This document shows, in pieces, positions 22,891 through 34,979 of a stretch of DNA of 64,000 bases (its first letter is position 1; each line of letters opens with the position of its first letter). The position numbers and the translations under genes were made by a program. The notes beneath the pieces are model-generated. The model made no database searches, was not told the origin of the DNA, and saw only the letters and a list, made by a program, of their open reading frames with translations. Source of the DNA: Eledone cirrhosa (lineage: Eukaryota). Location: contig CAXHJY010001588.1 in NCBI GenBank assembly GCA_964016885.1, forward strand, positions 308 through 64,307, in the 5' to 3' direction.

Positions 22891-25429
22891 TAAGCTAAGC
22901 TAAGCTAAGCTAACCTAAGCTAAGCTATCCTAAGCTAAGCTATCCTAAGCTAAGCTATCCTAAGCTAAGCTAAGCTAAGCTATCCTAAGCTAAGCTAAGC
23001 TAAGCTATCCTAAGCTAAGCTAAGCTATCCTAAGCTAAGCTAAGCTAAGCTGTCCTAAGCTAAGCTAAGCTAAGCTATCCTAAGCTAAGCTAAGCTAAGC
23101 TATCCTAAGCTAAGCTAAGCTATCCTAAGCTAAGCTAAGGTAAGCTATCCTAAGCTAAGCTAAGCTAAGCTATCCTAAGCTAAGCTAAGCTAAGATATCC
23201 TAAGCTATCCTAAGCTATCCTAAGCTAAGCTATCCTAAGCTATCCTAAGCTAAGCTATCCTAAGCTATCCTAAGCTAAGCTAAGCTAAGCTATCCTAAGC
23301 TAAGCTAAGCTAAGCTATCCTAAGCTAAGCTAATCTAAGCTATCCTAAGCTAAGCTAAGCTAAGCTATCCTAAGCTATCCTAAGCTAAGCTATCCTAAGC
23401 TAAGCTATCCTAAGCTATCCTAAGCTAAGCTATCCTAAGCTATCCTAAGCTAAGCTATCCTAAGCTAAGCTATCCTAAGCTATCCTAAGCTAAGCTATCC
23501 TAAGCTATCCTAAGCTAAGCTATCCTAAGCTAAGCTAAGCTAAGCTAAGCTAACCTAAGCTAAGCTATCCTAAGCTAAGCTAAGCTAAGCTATCCTAAGC
23601 TAAGCTAAGCTATCCTAAGCTATCCTAAGCTAAGCTATCCTAAGCTAAGCTATCCTAAGCTAAGCTATCCTAAGCTATCCTAAGCTAAGCTATCCTAAGC
23701 TAAGCTCTCCTAAGGTAAGCTATCCTAAGCTATCCTAAGCTAAGCTATCCTAAGCTATCCTAAGCTAAGCTAAGCTAAGCTCTCCTAAGCTAAGCTAAGC
23801 TATCCTAAGCTAAGCTAAGCTAAGCTAAGCTAAGCTATCCTAAGCTAAGCTAAGCTAAGCTACCTAAGCTAAGCTAAGCTAAGCTATCCTAAGCTAAGCT
23901 AAGCTAAGCTATCCTAAGCTAAGCTAAGCTAAGCTCTCCTAAGCTAAGCTAAGCTAAGCTATCCTAAGCTAAGCTAAGCTTTCCTAAGCTAAGCTAAGCT
24001 AAGCTATCCTAAGCTAAGCTAATCTATCCTAAGCTAAGCTAAGCTAAGCTATCCTAAGCTAAGCTAAGCTAAGCTATCCTAAGCTAAGCTAAGCTAAGCT
24101 ATCCTAAGCTAAGCTAAGCTAAGCTATCCTAAGCTAAGCTAAGCTAAGCTATCCTAAGCTAAGCTAAGCTATCCTAAGCTAAGCTAAGCTAATCTATCCT
24201 AAGCTAAGCTAAGCTATCCTAAGCTAAGCTAAGCTAAGCTATCCTAAGCTATCCTAAGCTATCCTAAGCTAAGCTAAGCTAAGCTATCCTAAGCTAAGCT
24301 AAGCTAAGCTATCCTAAGCTAAGCTAAGCTAAGCTATCCTAAGCTAAGCTAAGCTATCCTAAGCTAAGCTAAGCTAAGCAATCCTAAGCTATCCTAAGCT
24401 AAGCTATCCTAAGCTAAGTTAAGCTAAGCTATCCTAAGCTAAGCTAAGCTAAGCTATCCTAAGCTAAGCTATCCTAAGCTATCCTAAGCTAAGCTAAGCT
24501 AAGCTAACCTAAGCTAAGCTATCCTAAGCTAAGCTATCCTAAGCTAAGCTATCCTAAGCTAAGCTAAGCTAAGCTATCCTAAGCTAAGCTAAGCTAAGCT
24601 ATCCTAAGCTAAGCTAAGCTAAGCTATCCTAAGCTAAGCTAAGCTATCCTAAGCTAAGCTAAGCTAAGCTATCCTAAGCTAAGCTAAGCTAAGCTATCCT
24701 AAGCTAAGCTAAGCTATCCTAAGCTAAGCTAAGCTAAGCTCTCCTAAGCTAAGCTAAGCTAAGCTATCCTAAGCTATCCTAAGCTAAGCTATCCTAAGCT
24801 AAGCTATCCTAAGCTATCCTAAGCTAAGCTATCCTAAGCTAAGCTAAGCTAAGCTATCCTAAGCTAAGCTAAGCTATCCTAAGCTAAGCTAAGCTAAGCT
24901 ATCCTAAGCTAAGCTAAGCTAAGCTATCCTAAGCTAAGCTAAGCTAAGCTATCCTAAGCTAAGCTAAGCTATCCTAAGCTAAGCTAAGCTAAGCTATCCT
25001 AAGCTAAGCTAAGCTAAGCTATCCTAAGCTAAGCTAAGCTAAGCTATCCTAAGCTATCCTAAGCTATCCTAAGCTAAGCTAAGCTAAGCTATCCTAAGCT
25101 AAGCTAAGCTAAGCTATCCTAAGCTAAGCTAAGCTAAGCTATCCTAAGCTAAGCTAAGCTATCCTAAGCTAAGCTAAGCTAAGCTATCCTAAGCTAAGCT
25201 AAGCTAAGCTATCCTAAGCTATCCTAAGCTAAGCTATCCTAAGCTAAGCTAAGCTAAGCTATCCTAAGCTAAGCTAAGCTAAGCTATCCTAAGCTAAGCT
25301 AAGCTAAGCTATCCTAAACTAAGCTAAGCTAAGCTATCCTAAGCTAAGCTATCCTAAGCTATTCTAAGCTAAGCTAAGCTAAGCTAACCTAAGTTAAGCT
25401 ATCCTAAGCTAAGCTATCCTAAGCTAAGC

Positions 25430-27360
25430 TATCCTAAGCTAAGCTAAGCTAAGCTATCCTAAGCTAAGCTAAGCTAAGCTATCCTAAGCTAAGCTAAGCT
25501 ATCCTAAGCTAAGCTAAGCTAAGCTGTCCTAAGCTAAGCTAAGCTAAGCTATCCTAAGCTAAGCTAAGCTAAGCTATCCTAAGCTAAGCTAAGCTATCCT
25601 AAGCTAAGCTAAGCTAAGCTATCCTAAGCTAAGCTAAGCTAAGCTATCCTAAGCTAAGCTAAGCTAAGCTATCCTAAGCCAAGCTAAGCTATCCTAAGCT
25701 AAGCTAAGCTAAGCTGTCCTAAGCTAAGCTATCCTAAGCTATCCTAAGCTATCCTAAGCTAAGCTATCCTAAGCTATCCTAAGCTAAGCTATCCTAAGCT
25801 ATCCTAAGCTAAGCTAAGCTAAGCTATCCTAAGCTAAGCTAAGCTAAGCTAAGCTAAGCTATCCTAAGCTAAGCTAAGCTAAGCTATCCTAAGCTATCCT
25901 AAGCTAAGCTATCCTAAGCTAAGCTATCCTAAGCTATCCTAAGCTAAGCTATCCTAAGCTATCCTAAGCTAAGCTATCCTAAGCTAAGCTATCCTAAGCT
26001 ATCCTAAGCTAAGCTATCCTAAGCTATCCTAAGCTAAGCTATCCTAAGCTAAGCTAAGCTAAGCTAAGCTAACCTAAGCTAAGCTATCCTAAGCTAAGCT
26101 AAGCTAAGCTATCCTAAGCTAAGCTAAGCTAAGCTATCCTAAGCTATCCTAAGCTAAGCTATCCTAAGCTAAGCTATCCTAAGCTAAGCTATCCTAAGCT
26201 ATCCTAAGCTAAGCTATCCTAAGCTAAGCTCTCCTAAGGTAAGCTATCCTAAGCTATCCTAAGCTAAGCTATCCTAAGCTATCCTAAGCTAAGCTAAGCT
26301 AAGCTATCCTAAGCTAAGCTAAGCTAAGCTAAGCTATCCTAAGCTAAGCTAAGCTAAGCTACCTAAGCTAAGCTAAGCTAAGCTATCCTAAGCTAAGCTA
26401 TCCTAAGCTAAGCTAAGCTAAGCTATCCTAAGCTAAGCTAAGCTAAGCTATCCTAAGCTAAGCTAAGCTATCCTAAGCTAAGCTAAGCTAAGCTGTCCTA
26501 AGCTAAGCTAAGCTAAGCTATCCTAAGCTAAGCTAAGCTAAGCTATCCTAAGCTAAGCTAAGCTATCCTAAGCTAAGCTAAGCTAAGCTATCCTAAGCTA
26601 AGCTAAGCTAAGCTATCCTAAGCTAAGCTAAGCTAAGCTATCCTAAGCCAAGCTAAGCTATCCTAAGCTAAGCTAAGCTAAGCTGTCCTAAGCTAAGCTA
26701 TCCTAAGCTATCCTAAGCTATCCTAAGCTAAGCTATCCTAAGCTATCCTAAGCTAAGCTATCCTAAGCTATCCTAAGCTAAGCTAAGCTAAGCTATCCTA
26801 AGCTAAGCTAAGCTAAGCTAAGCTAAGCTATCCTAAGCTAAGCTAAGCTAAGCTATCCTAAGCTATCCTAAGCTAAGCTATCCTAAGCTAAGCTATCCTA
26901 AGCTATCCTAAGCTAAGCTATCCTAAGCTATCCTAAGCTAAGCTATCCTAAGCTAAGCTATCCTAAGCTATCCTAAGCTAAGCTATCCTAAGCTATCCTA
27001 AGCTAAGCTATCCTAAGCTAAGCTAAGCTAAGCTAAGCTAACCTAAGCTAAGCTATCCTAAGCTAAGCTAAGCTAAGCTATCCTAAGCTAAGCTAAGCTA
27101 AGCTATCCTAAGCTATCCTAAGCTAAGCTATCCTAAGCTAAGCTATCCTAAGCTAAGCTATCCTAAGCTATCCTAAGCTAAGCTATCCTAAGCTAAGCTC
27201 TCCTAAGGTAAGCTATCCTAAGCTATCCTAAGCTAAGCTATCCTAAGCTATCCTAAGCTAAGCTAAGCTAAGCTATCCTAAGCTAAGCTAAGCTAAGCTA
27301 AGCTATCCTAAGCTAAGCTAAGCTAAGCTACCTAAGCTAAGCTAAGCTAAGCTATCCTAA
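25430..27360 (+). repeat. Second instance of the ~969 bp tandem duplication
   Basis: CTAAC 26069/27038, cassette 26229/27198 and CTAC deletion 26359/27328, all 969 apart. Confidence 0.9.
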
Positions 27361-30300
27361 GCTAAGCTAAGCTAAGCTATCCTAAGCTAAGCTAAGCTAA
27401 GCTCTCCTAAGCTAAGCTAAACTAAGCTATCCTAAGCTAAGCTAAGCTTTCCTAAGCTAAGCTAAGCTAAGCTATCCTAAGCTAAGCTAATCTATCCTAA
27501 GCTAAGCTAAGCTAAGCTATCCTAAGCTAAGCTAAGCTAAGCTATCCTAAGCTAAGCTAAGCTAAGCTATCCTAAGCTAAGCTAAGCTAAGCTATCCTAA
27601 GCTAAGCTAAGCTATCCTAAGCTAAGCTAAGCTAAGCTATCCTAAGCTAAGCTAAGCTATCCTAAGCTAAGCTAAGCTAAGCTATCCTAAGCTATCCTAA
27701 GCTATCCTAAGCTAAGCTAAGCTAAGCTATCCTAAGCTAAGCTAAGCTAAGCTATCCTAAGCTAAGCTAAGCTAAGCTATCCTAAGCTAAGCTAAGCTAT
27801 CCTAAGCTAAGCTAAGCTAAGCTATCCTAAGCTAAGCTAAGCTATCCTAAGCTAAGCTAAGCTAAGCAATCCTAAGCTATCCTAAGCTAAGCTATCCTAA
27901 GCTAAGCTAAGCTAAGCTATCCTAAGCTAAGCTAAGCTAAGCTATCCTAAGCTAAGCTATCCTAAGCTATCCTAAGCTAAGCTAAGCTAAGCTAACCTAA
28001 GCTAAGCTATCCTAAGCTAAGCTATCCTAAGCTAAGCTATCCTAAGCTAAGCTAAGCTAAGCTATCCTAAGCTAAGCTAAGCTAAGCTATCCTAAGCTAA
28101 GCTAAGCTAAGCTATCCTAAGCTAAGCTAAGCTATCCTAAGCTAAGCTAAGCTAAGCTATCCTAAGCTAAGCTAAGCTAAGCTATCCTAAGCTAAGCTAA
28201 GCTAAGCTAACCTAAGCTAAGCTATCCTAAGCTAAGCTATCCTAAGCTAAGCTATCCTAAGCTAAGCTAAGCTAAGCTATCCTAAGCTAAGCTAAGCTAT
28301 CCTAAGCTAAGCTAAGCTAAGCTATCCTAAGCTAAGCTAAGCTATCCTAAGCTAAGCTAAGCTAAGCTATCCTAAGCTAAGCTAAGCTGAGCTATCCTAA
28401 GCTATCCTAAGCTAAGCTATCCTAAGCTAAGCTATCCTAAGCTATCCTAAGCTAAGCTATCCTAAGCTAAGCTAAGCTAAGCTATCCTAAGCTAAGCTAT
28501 CCTAAGCTAAGCTATCCTAAGCTATCCTAAGCTAAGCTATCCTAAGCTATCCTAAGCTAAGCTAAGCTAAGCTAAGCTAAGCTAAGCTATCCTAAGCTAA
28601 GCTAAGCTAAGCTATCCTAAGCTAAGCTAAGCTAAGCTATCCTAAGCTATCCTAAGCTAAGCTATCCTAAGCTAAGCTATCCTAAGCTATCCTAAGCTAA
28701 GCTATCCTAAGCTATCCTAAGCTAAGCTATCCTAAGCTAAGCTATCCTAAGCTAAGCTATCCTAAGCTATCCTAAGCTAAGCTATCCTAAGCTATCCTAA
28801 GCTAAGCTAAGCTAAGCTATCCTAAGCTAAGCTAAGCTAAGCTATCCTAAGCTAAGCTAAGCTAAGCTTTCCTAAGCTATCCTAAGCTAAGCTATCCTAA
28901 GCTATCCTAAGCTAAGCTATCCTAAGCTATCCTAAGCTAAGCTATCCTAAGCTATCCTAAGCTAAGCTATCCTAACCTAAGCTATCCTAAGCTATCCTAA
29001 GCTAAGCTATCCTAAGCTATCCTAAGCTAAGCTATCCTAAGCTATCCTAAGCTAAGCTAAGCTAAGCTATCCTAAGCTAAGCTAAGCTTTCCTAAGCTAA
29101 GCTAAGCTAAGCTATCCTAAGCTAAGCTAATCTATCCTAAGCTAAGCTAAGCTAAGCTATCCTAAGCTAAGCTAAGCTAAGCTATCCTAAGCTAAGCTAA
29201 GCTAAGCTATCCTAAGCTAAGCTAAGCTATCCTAAGCTAAGCTAAGCTAAGCTATCCTAAGCTAAGCTAAGCTAAGCTATCCTAAGCTAAGCTAAGCTAA
29301 GCTATCCTAAGCTAAGCTAAGCTATCCTAAGCTAAGCTAAGCTATCCTAAGCTAAGCTAAGCTAAGCTATCCTAAGCTAAGCTAAGCTAAGCTATCCTAA
29401 GCTAAGCTAAGCTAAGCTATCCTAAGCTATCCTAAGCTATCCTAAGCTAAGCTAAGCTAAGCTATCCTAAGCTAAGCTAAGCTAAGCTATCCTAAGCTAA
29501 GCTAAGCTAAGCTATCCTAAGCTAAGCTAAGCTATCCTAAGCTAAGCTAAGCTAAGCTATCCTAAGCTAAGCTAAGCTAAGCTATCCTAAGCTATCCTAA
29601 GCTAAGCTATCCTAAGCTAAGCTAAGCTAAGCTATCCTAAGCTAAGCTAAGCTAAGCTATCCTAAGCTAAGCTAAGCTAAGCTATCCTAAGCTAAGCTAA
29701 GCTAAGCTATCCTAAGCTAAGCTATCCTAAGCTATCCTAAGCTAAGCTAAGCTAAGCTAACCCAAGCTAAGCTATCCTAAGCTAAGCTATCCTAAGCTAA
29801 GCTATCCTAAGCTAAGCTAAGCTAAGCTATCCTAAGCTAAGCTAAGCTATCCTAAGCTAAGCTAAGCTAAGCTGTCCTAAGCTAAGCTAAGCTAAGCTAT
29901 CCTAAGCTAAGCTAAGCTAAGCTATCCTAAGCTAAGCTAAGCTATCCTAAGCTAAGCTAAGCTAAGCTATCCTAAGCTAAGCTAAGCTAAGCTATCCTAA
30001 GCTAAGCTAAGCTAAGCTATCCTAAGCTATCCTAAGCTATCCTAAGCTAAGCTATCCTAAGCTAAGCTATCCTAAGCTATCCTAAGCTAAGCTAAGCTAA
30101 GCAATCCTAAGCTAAGCTAAGCTAAGCTATCCTAAGCTAAGCTAAGCTAAGCTATCCTAAGCTAAGCTAAGCTAAGCTATCCTAAGCTATCCTAAGCTAA
30201 GCTATCCTAAGCTAAGCTATCCTAAGCTATCCTAAGCTAAGCTATCCTAAGCTATCCTAAGCTAAGCTATCCTAAGCTAAGCTATCCTAAGCTATCCTAA

Positions 30301-33300
30301 GCTATCCTAAGCTAAGCTATCCTAAGCTAAGCTAAGCTAAGCTAAGCTAACCTAAGCTAAGCTATCCTAAGCTAAGCTAAGCTAAGCTATCCTAAGCTAA
30401 GCTAAGCTAAGCTATCCTAAGCTATCCTAAGCTAAGCTATCCTAAGCTAAGCTATCCTAAGCTAAGCTATCCTAAGCTATCCTAAGCTAAGCTATCCTAA
30501 GCTAAGCTCTCCTAAGGTAAGCTATCCTAAGCTATCCTAAGCTAAGCTATCCTAAGCTATCCTAAGCTAAGCTAAGCTAAGCTCTCCTAAGCTAAGCTAA
30601 GCTAAGCTATCCTAAGCTAAGCTAAGCTAAGCTAAGCTATCCTAAGCTAAGCTAAGCTAAGCTACCTAAGCTAAGCTAAGCTATCCTAAGCTAAGCTAAG
30701 CTAAGCTATCCTAAGCTAAGCTAAGCTAAGCTCTCCTAAGCTAAGCTAAGCTAAGCTATCCTAAGCTAAGCTAAGCTTTCCTAAGCTAAGCTAAGCTAAG
30801 CTATCCTAAGCTAAGCTAATCTATCCTAAGCTAAGCTAAGCTAAGCTATCCTAAGCTAAGCTAAGCTAAGCTATCCTAAGCTAAGCTAAGCTAAGCTATC
30901 CTAAGCTAAGCTAAGCTAAGCTATCCTAAGCTAAGCTAAGCTAAGCTATCCTAAGCTAAGCTAAGCTATCCTAAGCTAAGCTAAGCTAAGCTATCCTAAG
31001 CTAAGCTAAGCTATCCTAAGCTAAGCTAAGCTAAGCTATCCTAAGCTATCCTAAGCTATCCTAAGCTAAGCTAAGCTAAGCTATCCTAAGCTAAGCTAAG
31101 CTAAGCTATCCTAAGCTAAGCTAAGCTAAGCTATCCTAAGCTAAGCTAAGCTATCCTAAGCTAAGCTAAGCTAAGCTATCCTAAGCTAAGCTAAGCTAAG
31201 CAATCCTAAGCTATCCTAAGCTAAGCTATCCTAAGCTAAGCTAAGCTAAGCTATCCTAAGCTAAGCTAAGCTAAGCTATCCTAAGCTAAGCTAAGCTAAG
31301 TTATCCTAAGCTAAGCTATCCTAAGCTATCCTAAGCTAAGCTAAGCTAAGCTAACCTAAGCTAAGCTATCCTAAGCTAAGCTATCCTAAGCTAAGCTATC
31401 CTAAGCTAAGCTAAGCTAAGCTATCCTAAGCTAAGCTAAGCTAAGCTATCCTAAGCTAAGCTAAGCTATCCTAAGCTAAGCTAAGCTAAGCTATCCTAAG
31501 CTAAGCTAAGCTAAGCTATCCTAAGCTAAGCTAAGCTAAGCTAAGCTAAGCTAAGCTATCCTAAGCTAAGCTAAGCTAATCTATCCTAAGCTATCCTAAG
31601 CTAAGCTATCCTAACCTAAGATATCCTAAGCTATCCTAAGCTAAGCTATCCTAAGCTAAGCTAAGCTAAGCTATCCTAAGCTAAGCTATCCTAAGCTAAG
31701 CTATCCTAAGCTATCCTAAGCTAAGCTATCCTAAGCTATCCTAAGCTAAGCTATCCTAAGCTATCCTAAGCTAAGCTATCCTAAGCTATCCTAAGCTAAG
31801 CTAAGCTATCCTAAGCTAAGCTAAGCTAAGCTAAGCTTTCCTAAGCTAAGCTAAGCTATCCTAAGCTAAGCTAAGCTAAGCTATCCTAAGCTATCCTAAG
31901 CTAAGCTATCCTAAGCTAAGCTATCCTAAGCTATCCTAAGCTAAGCTATCCTAAGCTATCCTAAGCTAAGCTATCCTAAGCTAAGCTATCCTAAGCTAAG
32001 CTATCCTAAGCTATCCTAAGCTAAGCTATCCTAAGCTATCCTAAGCTAAGCTAAGCTAAGCTATCCTAAGCTAAGCTAAGCTAAGCTATCCTAAGCTAAG
32101 CTAAGCTAAGCTTTCCTAAGCTATCCTAAGCTAAGCTATCCTAAGCTAAGCTATCCTAAGCTATCCTAAGCTAAGCTATCCTAAGCTATCCTAAGCTAAG
32201 CTATCCTAATCTATCCTAAGCTAAACTATCCTAACCTAAGCTATCCTAAGCTATCCTAAGCTAAGCTATCCTAAGCTATCCTAAGCTAAGCTATCCTAAG
32301 CTATCCTAAGCTAAGCTATCCTAAGCTATCCTAAGCTAAGCTAAGCTAAGCTATCCTAAACTAAGCTAAGCTATCCTAAGCTAAGCTAAGCTAAGCTATC
32401 CTAAGCTATCCTAAGCTAAGCTATCCTAAGCTAAGCTAAGCTAAGCTATCCTAAGCCAAGCTAAGCTAAGCTATCCTAAGCCAAGCTAAGCTAAGCTATC
32501 CTAAGCTAAGCTAAGCTATCCTAAGCTAAGCTAAGCTAAGCTATCCTAAGCTAAGCTATGCTAAGCTATCCTAAGCTAAGCTAAGCTAAGCTATCCTAAG
32601 CTAAGCTAAGCTAAGCTATATTAAGCTAAGCTAAGCTAAGCTATCCTAAGCTAAGCTAAGCTAAGCTATCCTAAGCTAAGCTAAGCTAAGCTATCCTAAG
32701 CTAAGCTATGCTAAGCTATCCTAAGCTAAGCTAAGCTAAGCTATCCTAAGCTAAGCTATCCTAAGCTAAGCTAAGCTAAGCTATCCTAAGCTAAGCTAAG
32801 CTAAGCTATCCTAAGCTAAGCTATCCTAAGCTAAGCTAAGCTAAGCTATCCTAAGCTAAGCCAAGCTAAGCTATCCTAAGCTAAGCTAAGCTAAGCTATC
32901 CTAAACTAAGCTAAGCTAAGCTATCCTAAGCTAAGCTAAGCTAAGCTATCCTAAGCTAAGCTAAGCTATCCTAAGCTAAGCTAAGCTAAGCTATCCTAAG
33001 CTAAGCTAAGCTAAGCTTTCCTAAGCTATCCTAAGCTAAGCTATCCTAAGCTAAGCTAAGCTAAGCTATCCTAAGCTAAGCTAAGCTATCCTAAGCTAAG
33101 CTAAGCTAAGCTATCCTAAGCTAAGCTATCCTAAGCTATCCTAAGCTAAGCTATCCTAAGCTATCCTAAGCTAAGCTATCCTAAGCTAAGCTATCCTAAG
33201 CTAAGCTATCCTAAGCTAAGCTATTCTAAGCTAAGCTAAGCTAAGCTATCCTAAGCTAAGCTAAGCTAAGCTATCCTAAGCTAAGCTAAGCTAAGCTATC

Positions 33301-34979
33301 CTAAGCTAAGCTAAGCTAAGCAATCCTAAGCTAAGCTAAGCTAAGCTATCCTAAGCTAAGCTAAGCTAAGCTATCCTAAGCTAAGCTAAGCTATCCTAAG
33401 CTAAGCTAAGCTAAGCTATCCTAAGCTAAGCTAAGCTAAGCTATCCTAAGCTATCCTAAGCTAAGCTATCCTAAGCTAAGCTATCCTAAGCTATCCCAAG
33501 CTAAGCTATCCTAAGCTAAGCTAAGCTAAGCTATCCTAAGCTAAGCTATCCTAAGCTAAGCTATCCTAAGCTATCCTAAGCTAAGCTATCCTAATCTATC
33601 CTAAGCTAAGCTATCCTAAGCTATCCTAAGCTAAGCTATCCTAAGCTATCCTAAGCTAAGCTAAGCTAAGCTATCCTAAGCTATCCTAAGCTAAGCTATC
33701 CTAAGCTAAACTATCCTAAGCTATCCTAAGCTAAGCTATCCTAAGCTATCCTAAGCTAAGCTATCCTAAGCTATCCTAAGCTAAGCTAAGCTAAGCTATC
33801 CTAAGCTAAGCTAAGCTAAGCTATCCTAAGCTAAGCTAAGCTAAGCTATCCTAAGCTAAGTTAAGCTAAGCTATCCTAAGCTATCCTAAGCTAAGCTATC
33901 CTAAGCTAAGCTATCCTAAGCTATCCTAAGCTAAGCTATCCTAAGCTATCCTAAGCTAAGCTATCCTAAGCTAAGCTATCCTAAGCTAAGCTATCCTAAG
34001 CTATCCTAAGCTAAGCTATCCTAAGCTATCCTAAGCTAAGCTATCCTAAGCTATCCTAAGCTAAGCTAAGCTAAGCTATCCTAAGCTAAGCTAAGCTAAG
34101 CTATCCTAAGCTAAGCTAAGCTAAGCTATCCTAAGCTAAGCTAAGCTAAGCTATCCTAAGCTATCCTAAGCTAAGCTATCCTAAGCTAAGCTATCCTAAG
34201 CTAAGCTATCCTAAGCTATCCTAAGCTAAGCTATCCTAAGCTAAGCTCTCCTAAGGTAAGCTATCCTAAGCTATCCTAAGCTTATCTATCCTAAGCTATC
34301 CTAAGCTAAGCTAAGCTAAGCTATCCTAAGCTAAGCTAAGCTAAGCTATCCTAAGCTAAGCTAAGCTAAGCTAAGCTATCCTAAGTTAAGCTAAGCTAAG
34401 CTATCCTAAGCTAAGTTAAGCTAAGCTATCCTAAGCTAAGCTAAGCTAAGCTATCCTAAGCTAAGCTAAGCTAAGCTCTCCTAAGCTAAGCTATCCTAAG
34501 CTATCCTAAGCTAAGCTAAGCTATCCTAAGCTAAGCTAAGCTAAGCTATCCTAAGCTAAGCTAAGCTATCCTAAGCTAAGCTAAGCGATCCTAAGCTAAG
34601 CTAAGCTAAGCTATCCTAAGCTAAGCTAAGCTAAGCTATCCTAAGCTAAGCTAAGCTAAGCTATCCTAAGCTAAGCTAAGCTAAGCTATCCTAAGCTAAG
34701 CTAAGCTAAGCTATCCTAAGCTAAGCTAAGCTAAGCTATCCTAAGCAAAGCTAAGCTAAGCTATCCTAAGCTAAGCTATCCTAAGCTAAGCTATCCTAAG
34801 CTATCCTAAGCTAAGCTATCCTAAGCTAAGCTAAGCTAAGCTAACCTAAGCTAAGCTATCCTAAGCTAAGCTAAGCTAAGCTATCCTAAGCTAAGCTAAG
34901 CTAAGCTATCCTAAGCTATCCTAAGCTAAGCTATCCTAAGCTAAGCTATCCTAAGCTAAGCTATCCTAAGCTATCCTAA

